64,000 nt of DNA from NCBI GenBank assembly GCA_947502815.1, contig CANNBH010000001.1, positions 1,582,818 through 1,646,817 on the forward strand, in the 5' to 3' direction. A program made the translations under genes and the position numbers. This document shows, one piece after another, positions 10,924 to 20,264 of the stretch. The notes under the pieces are model-generated. The model was not told the origin of the DNA. It ran no database searches and was given only the letters and a program-made list of their open reading frames with translations. Every line of letters begins with the position of its first letter. Within the stretch, counting starts at the first letter, position 1. This DNA is from an uncultured Erythrobacter sp. GTDB taxonomy: Bacteria; Pseudomonadota; Alphaproteobacteria; Sphingomonadales; Sphingomonadaceae.

Positions 10924-11247
10924 ATGGCTTATGAAAGCGGAGACCTTGATGCGACCCTCGCGGCTGCTGCTGGAGACGATCCAGCGCTGCTGGGAGAGCT
11001 GCGCGGTGCCTTTGTCGAAAGCGCTGAAAAGCAGCTGGATTTGCTCAAGCGTTCGCGCTGCGACGGCAATTGGACCGTAGCGGCCATGCGGTTAAAGGGG
11101 CTGGCAGCCAGCTTTCATGCCGAGGAATTGTTGCTCGCAGCAGAAAACGCGCTGGAGGCGGCACCGGGTGAACCGGCCGCCATTCGCAACATTGAACACG
11201 TTTTGGCGCGTTTTTCGGGTAAGGTTTCCTCGCCGTTTGGCGTCTAA
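10924..11247 (+). CDS. Stand-alone Hpt-like domain protein lacking the phospho-accepting His
   Basis: 107-aa helical protein MAYESGDLDATL...; AAMRLKGLAASF aligns with the Hpt motif aHxLKGss, with Met55 in place of His. Confidence 0.7.
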   Translation: MAYESGDLDATLAAAAGDDPALLGELRGAFVESAEKQLDLLKRSRCDGNWTVAAMRLKGLAASFHAEELLLAAENALEAAPGEPAAIRNIEHVLARFSGKVSSPFGV

Positions 11248-11326
11248 ACCTCCCTCACATCGTAAAAATTTCATGGGGTTTGCTGTCGCTTGGTGCTTGA
11301 TGCGGGGCATAAGGCAGGCGTAGCGC

Positions 11327-12592
11327 ATGCAAAGCGCGGTCCGTTTTGGCCGCCTTTTGCTGATGGAATGTCAATTGCGCACCGCTCTGATCGCTGCAAT
11401 CAAACGCACAGACAGCGGAGCTTTGCGCGCGGAGATGATGCTTGCCGGGCGCAGCGTCGCTGGATGGCAAGTGGATCTCGCGCACGCCCTTTTGTGCGAA
11501 CGGGTTATCTGCCTATGCGAAGGGCCAAACGACACGCTCACCACCCTTCAACGCGAGGTCGAGGAGCGCGGGGGCGAATTTCACGCGATACGAAGCAATT
11601 TGCAATTGGTCAGTCTGGTCCGGGCCGATGACGAGTTGATAATGATGGCCGATGGGGTGTTGGCCGATCGCGATGCGGTGATGCAATTCGCTGCTGGAAC
11701 CAATGGCGATGCCAAAAGCGCGTTGCATAGGGGAATTGCGGTTCTCCCGGCCGGCCATTCCCTTGCCGCCAGTCACCCAGAGGATTTTGAGCGGATTGCC
11801 GGCGACAGCCATTGGGCTGGGTTTGCCGTCATAAGGGCAGGGCAGGTGCACAAACTGGCCGATTTACCGCCTGACGGCGATGCAATGTCCTTGCTTCTCC
11901 GTTTGGCCCTTCAAGCAAGCGTGGAATGCCGTCAACTAGCGGATGGATCGGCCGATAGCGGCGACGGGACGGCCCGCTGGATGATCGCACACAGTGGTTC
12001 GGCCATTGCGGAGCGTGAAGCGGCGTTGCTCGATAGCAGTGTTTCGGAGCCGTCATGGACTGGCCCCGGCCTTGCCATTGCCGCAATTGCAACCCGCGCA
12101 ATCGCGCCGCGTTGGATTGAAAAAGGGCCGGAAATCAGCGCTCTGTCTGCGGTATTTCTTACGCTTTCAGGGGTGGGGCTCACCGGCTATGGATTGCCCT
12201 TGGTTGGCCTGTCGCTCGCCGCATTCGGAGCCTTTGGAGGTGCAATGAGCGCGGAGTGGAGCGCATTGCGATCCCGGCTCTGGTCGCAAGACACCAGCGC
12301 ACGGCGCGCTACAATGTTGACCATCGCACTCGATTGCAGCGCCGCAATTGTACTGATTTTGGCGTTGGGAGTTCCGATCAGCTTGGTTGCGAATGCTGCT
12401 CTGCCGATTTTGGCCATTGGGCTCGCCCATCTGGCCGGACGCGATGACCGTGCATCGGTCAACGCGTTTTGGCGGGATCGCGGCCTCCATCTGATCGGTT
12501 TCGCGATTGCCAGCGGGGCTGGGTATTTGAATGAGGCACTGTCCATCTTTGCCATCGCTGCTCTTTTGCAATTGCTGCTGCGCCGCAAATAA
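11327..12592 (+). CDS. Hypothetical membrane protein: N-terminal nucleotidyltransferase-like region plus C-terminal TM bundle
   Basis: Long ORF with host-like coding pattern. The N-terminus (LAGRSVAGWQ...ERVICL...DDELIMMADG) resembles the GT-A/NTP-transferase fold; there are 5-6 C-terminal hydrophobic helices. Exact start uncertain. Confidence 0.55.
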   Translation: MQSAVRFGRLLLMECQLRTALIAAIKRTDSGALRAEMMLAGRSVAGWQVDLAHALLCERVICLCEGPNDTLTTLQREVEERGGEFHAIRSNLQLVSLVRADDELIMMADGVLADRDAVMQFAAGTNGDAKSALHRGIAVLPAGHSLAASHPEDFERIAGDSHWAGFAVIRAGQVHKLADLPPDGDAMSLLLRLALQASVECRQLADGSADSGDGTARWMIAHSGSAIAEREAALLDSSVSEPSWTGPGLAIAAIATRAIAPRWIEKGPEISALSAVFLTLSGVGLTGYGLPLVGLSLAAFGAFGGAMSAEWSALRSRLWSQDTSARRATMLTIALDCSAAIVLILALGVPISLVANAALPILAIGLAHLAGRDDRASVNAFWRDRGLHLIGFAIASGAGYLNEALSIFAIAALLQLLLRRK

Positions 12593-12635
12593 CTCTGCGG
12601 ACCGCTAAGCGCTTCAATATTCAAAGGGCATTGCG

Positions 12636-12654
12636 CTAACGGGGGCTTAACCAT
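12636..12654 (+). promoter_or_regulatory. CtrA-like box CTAA-N7-TTAACCAT
   Basis: ctaa cgggggc ttaaccat, 21 nt before the ATG at 12676; includes the TTAACCAT CtrA motif. Confidence 0.6.
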
Positions 12655-12675
12655 AGCCCGTGTAAAGGCTACGAA

Positions 12676-13656
12676 ATGGGCGACATGTCTATAGACCGGA
12701 CCGACACCACCTCTGTCGAGGCTATCCTGCGGGATGAACTCGCGCGCGGAAATCGCGCGTTGAGCGGAGTTGCGCCTGTCATTTCCCATATGCTCGCCAG
12801 CTCTGGTCATGCATTGGTAAGCGACGCGATTGTCGCGCGTTTGCGCGGAATGTTGATGGATCTGGCCTGCCAATTGATTGCCGCGTCGATGAGCAAGGCC
12901 GATGGGCAAACTGGCGACATCGACGAAGCCGTAATCGATCAAGTTGCCGATCATCTTGCAGGCGATAGCGACGTTCTGGGACACCTCTACGCTCTCGCCA
13001 TGGAAGGGCATTTGACCGAGCGATTGGAGCAGCGATCTTCGGTCGATCCGGTGCTCAGCCCCCTTTTGCAGGAATTGATCGCGTCGGATCAGGCCGCTAT
13101 TGCGGAATTGGCCATGACCACGCTCGCGGCGCAATCGCGCTTTACCCAAAGCCAAAGGCGAATGGAATTGCCGCTGGGTGAATTGCCTTCGGATCTGTTC
13201 GTTGCGGTTGTTAAACGGTTTAAGAAAGCCGCGCATGCCGACGATCGTGATCGCGTTTCTCAGGCGATGAAGGACCTGAAAAACCAATATGATGAAGGCA
13301 CGGGACGTCTGGGTTTGCTGGCCCGGCTTGTGTCTTCGATGCGCGGAGGTGCGGTGGCTGCGCTGGAGCTTGATCACGCGGGCCTTGCGCTCTTTGTCAG
13401 CGGAATTTCGGCATTGACGCGGCAACCGCGCGACCTTGCGGTGCTTGCGTGTCACGAACGCCAAGCAGCGCGGCTCGCGCTGAGTTTAAGAGCTGGCGGT
13501 CTAAACCCCGAAGCGATTGAGCGACAATTCCTGCTGATTGAGCCCAGCGAAATGCTGCCCAGCGGTATTGCGGCGATGTCGCCAGAGCGCGCGCGCGATT
13601 TGCTGGGCGGTTCGGCGCTGCCATATGCCAACGGCTTTGGCCTTGGTGCCGGGTGA
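12676..13656 (+). CDS. Hypothetical all-alpha protein, DUF2336-like
   Basis: 326-aa soluble helical protein. Size and the C-terminal LAVLAC...ARLALSLRAGGL pattern recall DUF2336 proteins; the family call is by eye only. Confidence 0.45.
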   Translation: MGDMSIDRTDTTSVEAILRDELARGNRALSGVAPVISHMLASSGHALVSDAIVARLRGMLMDLACQLIAASMSKADGQTGDIDEAVIDQVADHLAGDSDVLGHLYALAMEGHLTERLEQRSSVDPVLSPLLQELIASDQAAIAELAMTTLAAQSRFTQSQRRMELPLGELPSDLFVAVVKRFKKAAHADDRDRVSQAMKDLKNQYDEGTGRLGLLARLVSSMRGGAVAALELDHAGLALFVSGISALTRQPRDLAVLACHERQAARLALSLRAGGLNPEAIERQFLLIEPSEMLPSGIAAMSPERARDLLGGSALPYANGFGLGAG

Positions 13657-13666
13657 GGGGCGCAGG

Positions 13667-15070
13667 ATGAACCGGCAACAATCCCTTCTCGCCGCGCGCG
13701 GGGTCACCGATCAAAGGGACCGGTTGCTGACCGCGGACGATCCCTTGGCGGAGCTGCATGAAAGCTGCGGCGGATCGCTGCCCGGCACATTGGCGGTGCC
13801 AGAGTTGCTCGACCTTGTCAGGCAAAGCCGCGAGATGGGCCTGCGTATCGCGCGCGAATTCACGGCGTTTGACGGTTCAGAAATGGTGAGCGGGTTTGTG
13901 CGTATTCATCCTCTTTCGGATGAAAATGGCGGCGGCTGCGAAGTGCTGGTTGAAAATTGGCAGCGCGCGCCGCAGCCAGAGATGAGCACCCATGATTTGG
14001 CCGACCGAATTGATGCGATCGACCGTGCTGCTGCTGAAGTCACTGCACGGCTTGATCCGCGCCAACAGGTTCAGTTTTTGACGTCCAGCGCAGTGGATGT
14101 TGGCGCGTTGCAGGATGCAATTGCCTCAAGCCCGCGCAAAGTTTGGACCGACTATGTAACGCTCAAAGGCGTTGCCCACCATCAACCGCTTCATTGGCGT
14201 TTGCTCGACGGAGCATATTGCACATTCGAAGGGTCAGCCCGGCATTGGCGGGTGCGGATCATCCCGCTTGGCCCGATCAGCGGCGCACCGCGCGGATTTG
14301 AACTCTTGATGGTCGCGGATGAGCCGCCTGGCGCGGCCGCGGATACGACCGAGATTGAGACACAAAGCGCGCAGTCACAATTGATCGGGAGCGCCCTCAC
14401 ACCCGTTTTGCGGCAACCCATTGCGCGCATCATCGCCAATGCAGAAACGATCCGCACCCGATTGGCCGGGCCGCTGCGCGAAGAATACAGCGATTATGCC
14501 GGCAACATCGCCGCCGCAGGTCAGCATTTGTCGGGCATGCTCGATGATCTTGCTGACTTGGAAGTGGTCGAGGCTCCGGGCTTTTCGGCGGCAAAGGAAA
14601 AGGTCGATTTGGTTGATGCCGCCGCGCGGGCTGCGGGGATATTGGGCGTGCGCGCGCAAGATCGGCGAATTACTCTGACCCATGTAAAGGGCGATGGACC
14701 AATTGTGGCGATGGCGGAGTTTCGCCGGGTGCTGCAAATTCTCATCAATCTCATTGGCAATGCGATTGCCTATTCCCCGGAAGGCAGCACAGTCACAATC
14801 GCTGTCGATAACGCAGGCGAGGGATCGATTGCGCTGAGCGTGGTCGACGAGGGGCCCGGCGTTACGGCGGATCAAGCGACACGAATATTTGAGAAGTTTG
14901 AGCGCCTTGGCAGGGATCAAGACGGCGGGAATGACAGCGGATCTGGTCTTGGTCTGTACATCTCGCGCCGCCTTGCGTTGGCAATGGATGGTGATCTCAT
15001 CGTCATGAAGCCAGAAGCGGATGCGCCGCTGAAAGGCGCTGAATTCCGGCTAACACTGCCGCGCGCCTGA
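13667..15070 (+). CDS. PleC/DivJ-family histidine kinase-like protein lacking the H-box His (pseudokinase)
   Basis: ATG at 13667, 10 nt after the upstream stop. DHp segment TPVLRQPIARIIANAE...GPLREEYSDYAGNIAAAGQHL; intact HATPase N (INLIGNAIAYS), G1 (DEGPG), F (IFEKF) and G2 (GSGLGL) boxes; PAS-like N-terminal region. Confidence 0.8.
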   Translation: MNRQQSLLAARGVTDQRDRLLTADDPLAELHESCGGSLPGTLAVPELLDLVRQSREMGLRIAREFTAFDGSEMVSGFVRIHPLSDENGGGCEVLVENWQRAPQPEMSTHDLADRIDAIDRAAAEVTARLDPRQQVQFLTSSAVDVGALQDAIASSPRKVWTDYVTLKGVAHHQPLHWRLLDGAYCTFEGSARHWRVRIIPLGPISGAPRGFELLMVADEPPGAAADTTEIETQSAQSQLIGSALTPVLRQPIARIIANAETIRTRLAGPLREEYSDYAGNIAAAGQHLSGMLDDLADLEVVEAPGFSAAKEKVDLVDAAARAAGILGVRAQDRRITLTHVKGDGPIVAMAEFRRVLQILINLIGNAIAYSPEGSTVTIAVDNAGEGSIALSVVDEGPGVTADQATRIFEKFERLGRDQDGGNDSGSGLGLYISRRLALAMDGDLIVMKPEADAPLKGAEFRLTLPRA

Positions 15071-15111
15071 ACTAAGCCTCAGTCGCTGGCTGCAAATTTG
15101 TTCTCTATACC

Positions 15112-15148
15112 AAAAGAGCGACCCCAAGGTTGTCCTTAGGATCGCTCT
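15112..15148 (-). terminator. Intrinsic terminator downstream of gltA
   Basis: Minus-strand hairpin agagcgatcctaagg-acaa-ccttggggtcgctct followed by a short U-tract, between convergent genes. Confidence 0.7.
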
Positions 15149-15178
15149 GAAGATGTGTTTCGCCCTGAGGCGCGGCAA

Positions 15179-16465
15179 TTAACGGTTGGCGACGGGCACG
15201 TAATCGCGCTGTGTCGGGCCAGTATAGAGCTGACGTGGACGACCGATAACCTGGCCTGGATCGGAGATCATTTCGTTCCATTGCGCAACCCAGCCCACGG
15301 TGCGGGCGAGGGCGAAGAGCGCGGTGAACATCGTGGTCGGGAAACCGATCGACGACAGGATAATGCCGGAATAGAAGTCCACGTTCGGGAACAGTTTCTT
15401 TTCCTTGAAGTAATCATCGTTGAGCGCGAGCTCTTCAAGCCGCAGTGCGGTTTCGAACACGGGATCATCAACTTTCAACGCTTCAAACACTTCTTTGAGC
15501 GTTTGCTGCATCACGGTCGCGCGCGGATCGTAGTTTTTGTAAACGCGGTGGCCAAAGCCCATCAGACGGAACGGGTCGTTCTTGTCCTTCGCGCGTTCGA
15601 TGTAATGCGGGATTTTGTCTGGCGAGCCGATTTCCTGCAACATGTTGAGAGCAGCTTCGTTTGCGCCGCCGTGTGCGGGGCCCCACAAACAGGCAATACC
15701 TGCTGCGATACACGCAAACGGGTTCGCGCCCGATGAACCGGCGAGACGCACGGTCGATGTCGATGCGTTCTGTTCGTGGTCAGCATGCAAGATGAAGATA
15801 CGGTCCATCGCCTTTTCAATGGCGGGATGCACTTCATATTCTTCGGCCGGAACACCAAACGTCATCCGCAGGAAGTTACCCGTGTAGCTCAGCGAGTTAT
15901 CCGGCTGCATCATGGGCTGACCAATGGAGTATTTATACGCCATCGCAGCAATCGTTGGCATTTTTGCGATCAAGCGGTGCGAACTGATCTTGCGGTGCTC
16001 TGGATCAGAAATATCGGTGCTGTCATGGTAAAACGCCGACAAAGCGCCAACCACGCCGCACATGATTGCCATAGGGTGCGCGTCGCGGCGGAAACCCTGA
16101 TAAAACTGGCGCAATTGATCGTGCAGCATCGTGTGCCGCGTGATCGTGTGGTTAAAGTCAGACAGTTCATCACTGCTGGGCAATTCGCCGTTCAGCAAGA
16201 GGTAGGACGTTTCCATAAAGCTGGAATGTTCCGCCAGCTGGCCGATTGGATACCCGCGATGCAGCAAGATGCCTTCGTTGCCGTCGATATAGGTCAGCGC
16301 GCTTTCGCAGCTGGCCGTTGACTTATAGCCCGGGTCAAATGTGAATTTGCCGGTTGCGCCGTACAGCTTACGAATATCGACCACGTCAGGGCCGGTGCTG
16401 CCTTCAAGAACGGGAAACTCGTGTGTTTGTCCGTCAATTTCGAGCTTGGCTTGCTTGTCTGCCAA
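15179..16465 (-). CDS. gltA: Citrate synthase (type II)
   Basis: [46 protein letters not shown] motifs. Confidence 0.98.
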   Translation of the reverse strand: MADKQAKLEIDGQTHEFPVLEGSTGPDVVDIRKLYGATGKFTFDPGYKSTASCESALTYIDGNEGILLHRGYPIGQLAEHSSFMETSYLLLNGELPSSDELSDFNHTITRHTMLHDQLRQFYQGFRRDAHPMAIMCGVVGALSAFYHDSTDISDPEHRKISSHRLIAKMPTIAAMAYKYSIGQPMMQPDNSLSYTGNFLRMTFGVPAEEYEVHPAIEKAMDRIFILHADHEQNASTSTVRLAGSSGANPFACIAAGIACLWGPAHGGANEAALNMLQEIGSPDKIPHYIERAKDKNDPFRLMGFGHRVYKNYDPRATVMQQTLKEVFEALKVDDPVFETALRLEELALNDDYFKEKKLFPNVDFYSGIILSSIGFPTTMFTALFALARTVGWVAQWNEMISDPGQVIGRPRQLYTGPTQRDYVPVANR

Positions 16466-16504
16466 AATGTGTCTCCTGCCCAGTTATGCTTCTGGCGTCC
16501 GTCT

Positions 16505-17920
16505 TTACGCAGCTTGCGCGTTGAGCCGTGCCAGGGATTCTTCCCGTCCCAAAAGGACCAGAACATCGAAAATTCCCGGTGACGTTGTCGTTCCGGTGAG
16601 CGCAGCGCGCATTGGCTGTGCCAGCTTGCTGAAACCCAATTCAAGGTCCTCCGCAAGCGCTTTGGTAGTGGCTTCGAGAGCGTCAATTGTCCAGTTATTT
16701 TCCGCCTTAAGTGCCTCTGAAATGGCGTTAAGGCGTGATCGGCCATCATCATCGAGGAATTTGGCTGCCTTTTCCGTCATAGACATTGGCTGCGTCGCAA
16801 ACAAAAAGCCTGCACCATCAGCAAGTTCATCAAGATTCTTCGCACGCGTTTTTAGCACAGGCATTGCTCGGCTAAGCAGATCAATATCCGGTGACCCGTC
16901 CATACGTGCTGCTACGAGAGGCGCGAGCACGGCGTCATCCGTTTCGCGAATATAATGCCCGTTGAAGTTTTCGAGCTTTTTGAGGTCGAACCGAGACGGG
17001 CTTTTGCCCACTCCTGAAAGGTCGAACAATTCGATCGCTTCGCTGCGCGTGATTTCTTCGCGGTCGCCGTGCCCCCAACCCAGACGCAGCAGGTAGTTGA
17101 AAAGCGCATCGGACAAAATGCCCATATCATCCCGGTACGCCTCCACTCCCAGCGCGCCGTGCCGCTTAGACAATTTCGCGCCGTCCGAACCGTGGATCAA
17201 CGGGATGTGGGCATAGGTCGGCTCAGGCCACCCGCCTTCGCTTGCCTCCATCGCGTGATAGATCGGCAATTGGCGAAAGGCGTTGTTCAAATGATCATCG
17301 CCGCGCACGACATGCGTGACGCCCATATCGTGATCATCCACCACCGCCGCGAGCATATAGGTTGGCGTGCCGTCGGCGCGCAGAATAATATAGTCGTCAA
17401 GTTCAGCATTCTTGACCGATACCGAGCCTTGGACTTCATCTTGAATGGTCACTTCGCCATCCAGCGGTGTCTTAATCCGCACAGTGTAGGCTGCGCCAGC
17501 GGGTGCTTCGGATGGGTCTCGATCCCGCCAGCGGCTATCATAGCGCATGGGCTGTTTGTTGGCGCGCTGTTCGGCGCGCATCGTTTCCAGCTCTTCGGCG
17601 GTCGCAAAACACTTGTAAGCATGGCCGCCTGCAAGCAAAGCATTCGCAACTTCGGCGTGCCGATCCGCGCGCTGAGATTGAAAAGTGGGCGCTTCGTCAT
17701 AGTCCAGACCGAGCCAATCCAGCCCGTCTAGGATCGCATCTATCGCCTCTTGCGTTGAACGCTGTTTGTCGGTGTCTTCGATGCGCAAAAGCGCTTTTCC
17801 GCCATGATGACGGGCGTAGAGCCAGTTGAATAAGGCCGTGCGCGCGCCGCCAATATGCAGAAAACCGGTGGGCGATGGCGCAAACCGGGTAACAATGGGT
17901 TGTGCAGCTGGGCTTGCCAT
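16505..17920 (-). CDS. gltX: Glutamate-tRNA ligase
   Basis: [14 protein letters not shown] (HIGH) and KLSKR (KMSKS) motifs. Confidence 0.97.
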   Translation of the reverse strand: MASPAAQPIVTRFAPSPTGFLHIGGARTALFNWLYARHHGGKALLRIEDTDKQRSTQEAIDAILDGLDWLGLDYDEAPTFQSQRADRHAEVANALLAGGHAYKCFATAEELETMRAEQRANKQPMRYDSRWRDRDPSEAPAGAAYTVRIKTPLDGEVTIQDEVQGSVSVKNAELDDYIILRADGTPTYMLAAVVDDHDMGVTHVVRGDDHLNNAFRQLPIYHAMEASEGGWPEPTYAHIPLIHGSDGAKLSKRHGALGVEAYRDDMGILSDALFNYLLRLGWGHGDREEITRSEAIELFDLSGVGKSPSRFDLKKLENFNGHYIRETDDAVLAPLVAARMDGSPDIDLLSRAMPVLKTRAKNLDELADGAGFLFATQPMSMTEKAAKFLDDDGRSRLNAISEALKAENNWTIDALEATTKALAEDLELGFSKLAQPMRAALTGTTTSPGIFDVLVLLGREESLARLNAQAA

Positions 17921-17982
17921 AAGCTGTTATTTCCTATTCACTTAGCAAACCGAACCTGGCCTTATCCGAAGGGGAACGGCCT

Positions 17983-20238
17983 ATGGCTGATACGCCGTTT
18001 ATTCCGATTGCGGGTGATCCTGACAGCGGCACTGCTGCTGAAGGGACCGATCCGTCTAAGCCTCAAAAGGCCGCAGCGCGCGTGTGGCAAAGGGGCGGCA
18101 GATTGTCCAGCGTATCGGATGCGATTGGCAGCGGTCTTGAGCGGTTTTTGTCCAATGCTGGGTTTGACCGGGCCCCTTGGCTCGCGGTTGTCTTCGCCGC
18201 CGGAATACTAACATGGTTTGGGCTGCGCACGCCTTGGCAGTGGATGAGCGTCATCGGCCTTGGCTTGATATTGGCTCTTTTTGCTTTGGCGGCATGGCGG
18301 GGTGATCCTGACCGCGATCAATTACGCCAGGCGGTGATCGCCTGTGCATTGGTGTTTGTCGCCGGGGTTAGCGTCATTTGGATCCGATCAGAAATGGTCG
18401 GAGCGGCGGCTATGGATAGACCCGTGATCGAGCGTGTGCAGGGTTATGTGCTGGAGCGCACCGATCAACCGGCACAGGATCGTATTCGCCTAACCATGGC
18501 GGTGCGTGACGCCGACACCGGGGTAGGGCGCAAGATCCGCGTGAATGTTCCGATGGAGACCGTCGCGGAAGCGGTTGAGAACCATTCCAACGGCGCATTG
18601 GCCGAAGGGGCCGTGGTCCGCATGCGCGTGCGGCTGATGCCGCCAGCTAGCCCGATGCTGCCGGGGGCATACGACTTTGCCCGGGCGGCTTGGTTTAAGG
18701 GCTTGTCTGCCACCGGTAGTGCCATGGGGGCGGTCGACATTATCGAACCGGCCCCTGAAGCAAGCGGCATTGCCACCGTTCAGCGCGCTCTATCTGCCCA
18801 TGTGCGAAGCCGCGTGGACGGTTCGGCCGGAACCATCGCAGCCGCCTTTGCGAGCGGAGATCGCGGGGCCATTTTGGAGGGTGATGAAGACGCAATGCGC
18901 GATGCAGGGCTGACCCATTTGCTTGCCATCAGCGGGCTGCATGTGAGCGCGGTGATCGCCGCGACGTATTTTGTTGCGATAAAGCTGTTGGCGCTGTTTC
19001 CCGCATTGGCTTTGAGAGTTCGGCTGCCGATCATGGCCGCCGCAGCAGGGGCCATTGCGGGTATCAGCTACACGTTGTTGACCGGGGCGCAGGTGCCGAC
19101 GGTGCGCAGCTGCGTTGCTGCGATGTTGGTGCTTATCGCCCTTGCCATGGGGCGCGACGCTCTCTCGCTTAGGATGGTCGCCGTGGCCGCCATTTTTGTG
19201 CTGCTGCTGTGGCCAGAAAGTGTGGTGGGCCCAAGTTTCCAAATGAGTTTTTCCGCTGTGCTTGCCATTGTGGCCTTGCACACGAGCCCGGCGGTCAAAG
19301 CGTTCCTTGCTCCGCGCGAGGAACCCTGGTTTGCGCGCACTGGCCGCAATATCATGATGCTGTTCATAACGGGGCTCGTCATTGAAATTGCTCTTATGCC
19401 TATCGTGCTGTTCCATTTTCACCGGGCAGGCCTTTACGGGGCATTGGCCAATGTGATCGCAATCCCGCTGGTTACGTTCATTTCGATGCCCTTGATCGCG
19501 GTCGCGCTGGTGTTTGATTTGGTCGGATTGGGCGCCCCATTTTGGTGGGTGGTGGAGGCTTCGCTTAATCTCCTGCTTGGCATTGCCCATTTCACTGCGG
19601 GCCAACCCGGCGCTGTAAAACTTATGCCTCAGATGAGCGGCCTTGCGATCGCCTTGTTTGTCCTTGGAGGATTATGGCTCGCGCTTTGGCATGGCAAAGC
19701 GCGATTGCTGGGCTTCATTCCTGCTGCTGCGGCGACAATCTTGCTGTTGATGACCCCGATCCCTGATGTCTTGATTGGCCGCGAGGGTCGCCATGTCGGG
19801 ATTACGATTGCCGCTGAGGATGGGAGCAAACGCCTGCTTTCCTTGCGGGATAGCCGGTCATCATATTCGCGCGACAATTTGCTCGAACTGTCCAGCGTGA
19901 CGACCGACCCCATTCCCCTAGCCGATTGGGAAGGTGCGCAATGTTCGGCTGAGTTCTGCGTCATCACGCTTGATCGGGGAGGGCGTCAGTGGTCGCTCTT
20001 GCTCGCCAGAAACCGTGAATTGGTTGAAGAGAGAGCCTTGGCCGCTGCGTGTGAGCGCGCCGATATTGTAGTGGCGGACCGTTACCTGCCCTATTCTTGC
20101 AACCCCCGCTGGTTAAAGGCCGATAGGGGATTGCTTGAGACGAGCGGCGGTCTGTCAATCGATCTCGCCAATGAACGCATCATGGCGGTGGGGGACAGCC
20201 AAGGCGAACATGGATGGTGGCGCGGGGAGGGCGACTAA
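17983..20238 (+). CDS. comEC: ComEC/Rec2 family competence membrane protein
   Basis: GLTHLLAISGLHV, GFQLSF-like SFQMSFSAV and HFH motifs; OB-like periplasmic region; gltX-comEC-lexA synteny. Confidence 0.9.
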   Translation: MADTPFIPIAGDPDSGTAAEGTDPSKPQKAAARVWQRGGRLSSVSDAIGSGLERFLSNAGFDRAPWLAVVFAAGILTWFGLRTPWQWMSVIGLGLILALFALAAWRGDPDRDQLRQAVIACALVFVAGVSVIWIRSEMVGAAAMDRPVIERVQGYVLERTDQPAQDRIRLTMAVRDADTGVGRKIRVNVPMETVAEAVENHSNGALAEGAVVRMRVRLMPPASPMLPGAYDFARAAWFKGLSATGSAMGAVDIIEPAPEASGIATVQRALSAHVRSRVDGSAGTIAAAFASGDRGAILEGDEDAMRDAGLTHLLAISGLHVSAVIAATYFVAIKLLALFPALALRVRLPIMAAAAGAIAGISYTLLTGAQVPTVRSCVAAMLVLIALAMGRDALSLRMVAVAAIFVLLLWPESVVGPSFQMSFSAVLAIVALHTSPAVKAFLAPREEPWFARTGRNIMMLFITGLVIEIALMPIVLFHFHRAGLYGALANVIAIPLVTFISMPLIAVALVFDLVGLGAPFWWVVEASLNLLLGIAHFTAGQPGAVKLMPQMSGLAIALFVLGGLWLALWHGKARLLGFIPAAAATILLLMTPIPDVLIGREGRHVGITIAAEDGSKRLLSLRDSRSSYSRDNLLELSSVTTDPIPLADWEGAQCSAEFCVITLDRGGRQWSLLLARNRELVEERALAAACERADIVVADRYLPYSCNPRWLKADRGLLETSGGLSIDLANERIMAVGDSQGEHGWWRGEGD

Positions 20239-20264
20239 ACTGGCATCCCCGCGCACCCAATCAA

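Noticed and set aside
12187-13464. 425-aa antisense ORF (also 23727-24848, 62031-62924, 1673-2377, 43369-44079)
   Set aside because: These are shadow ORFs opposite well-supported genes in GC-rich DNA, with no recognisable motifs.
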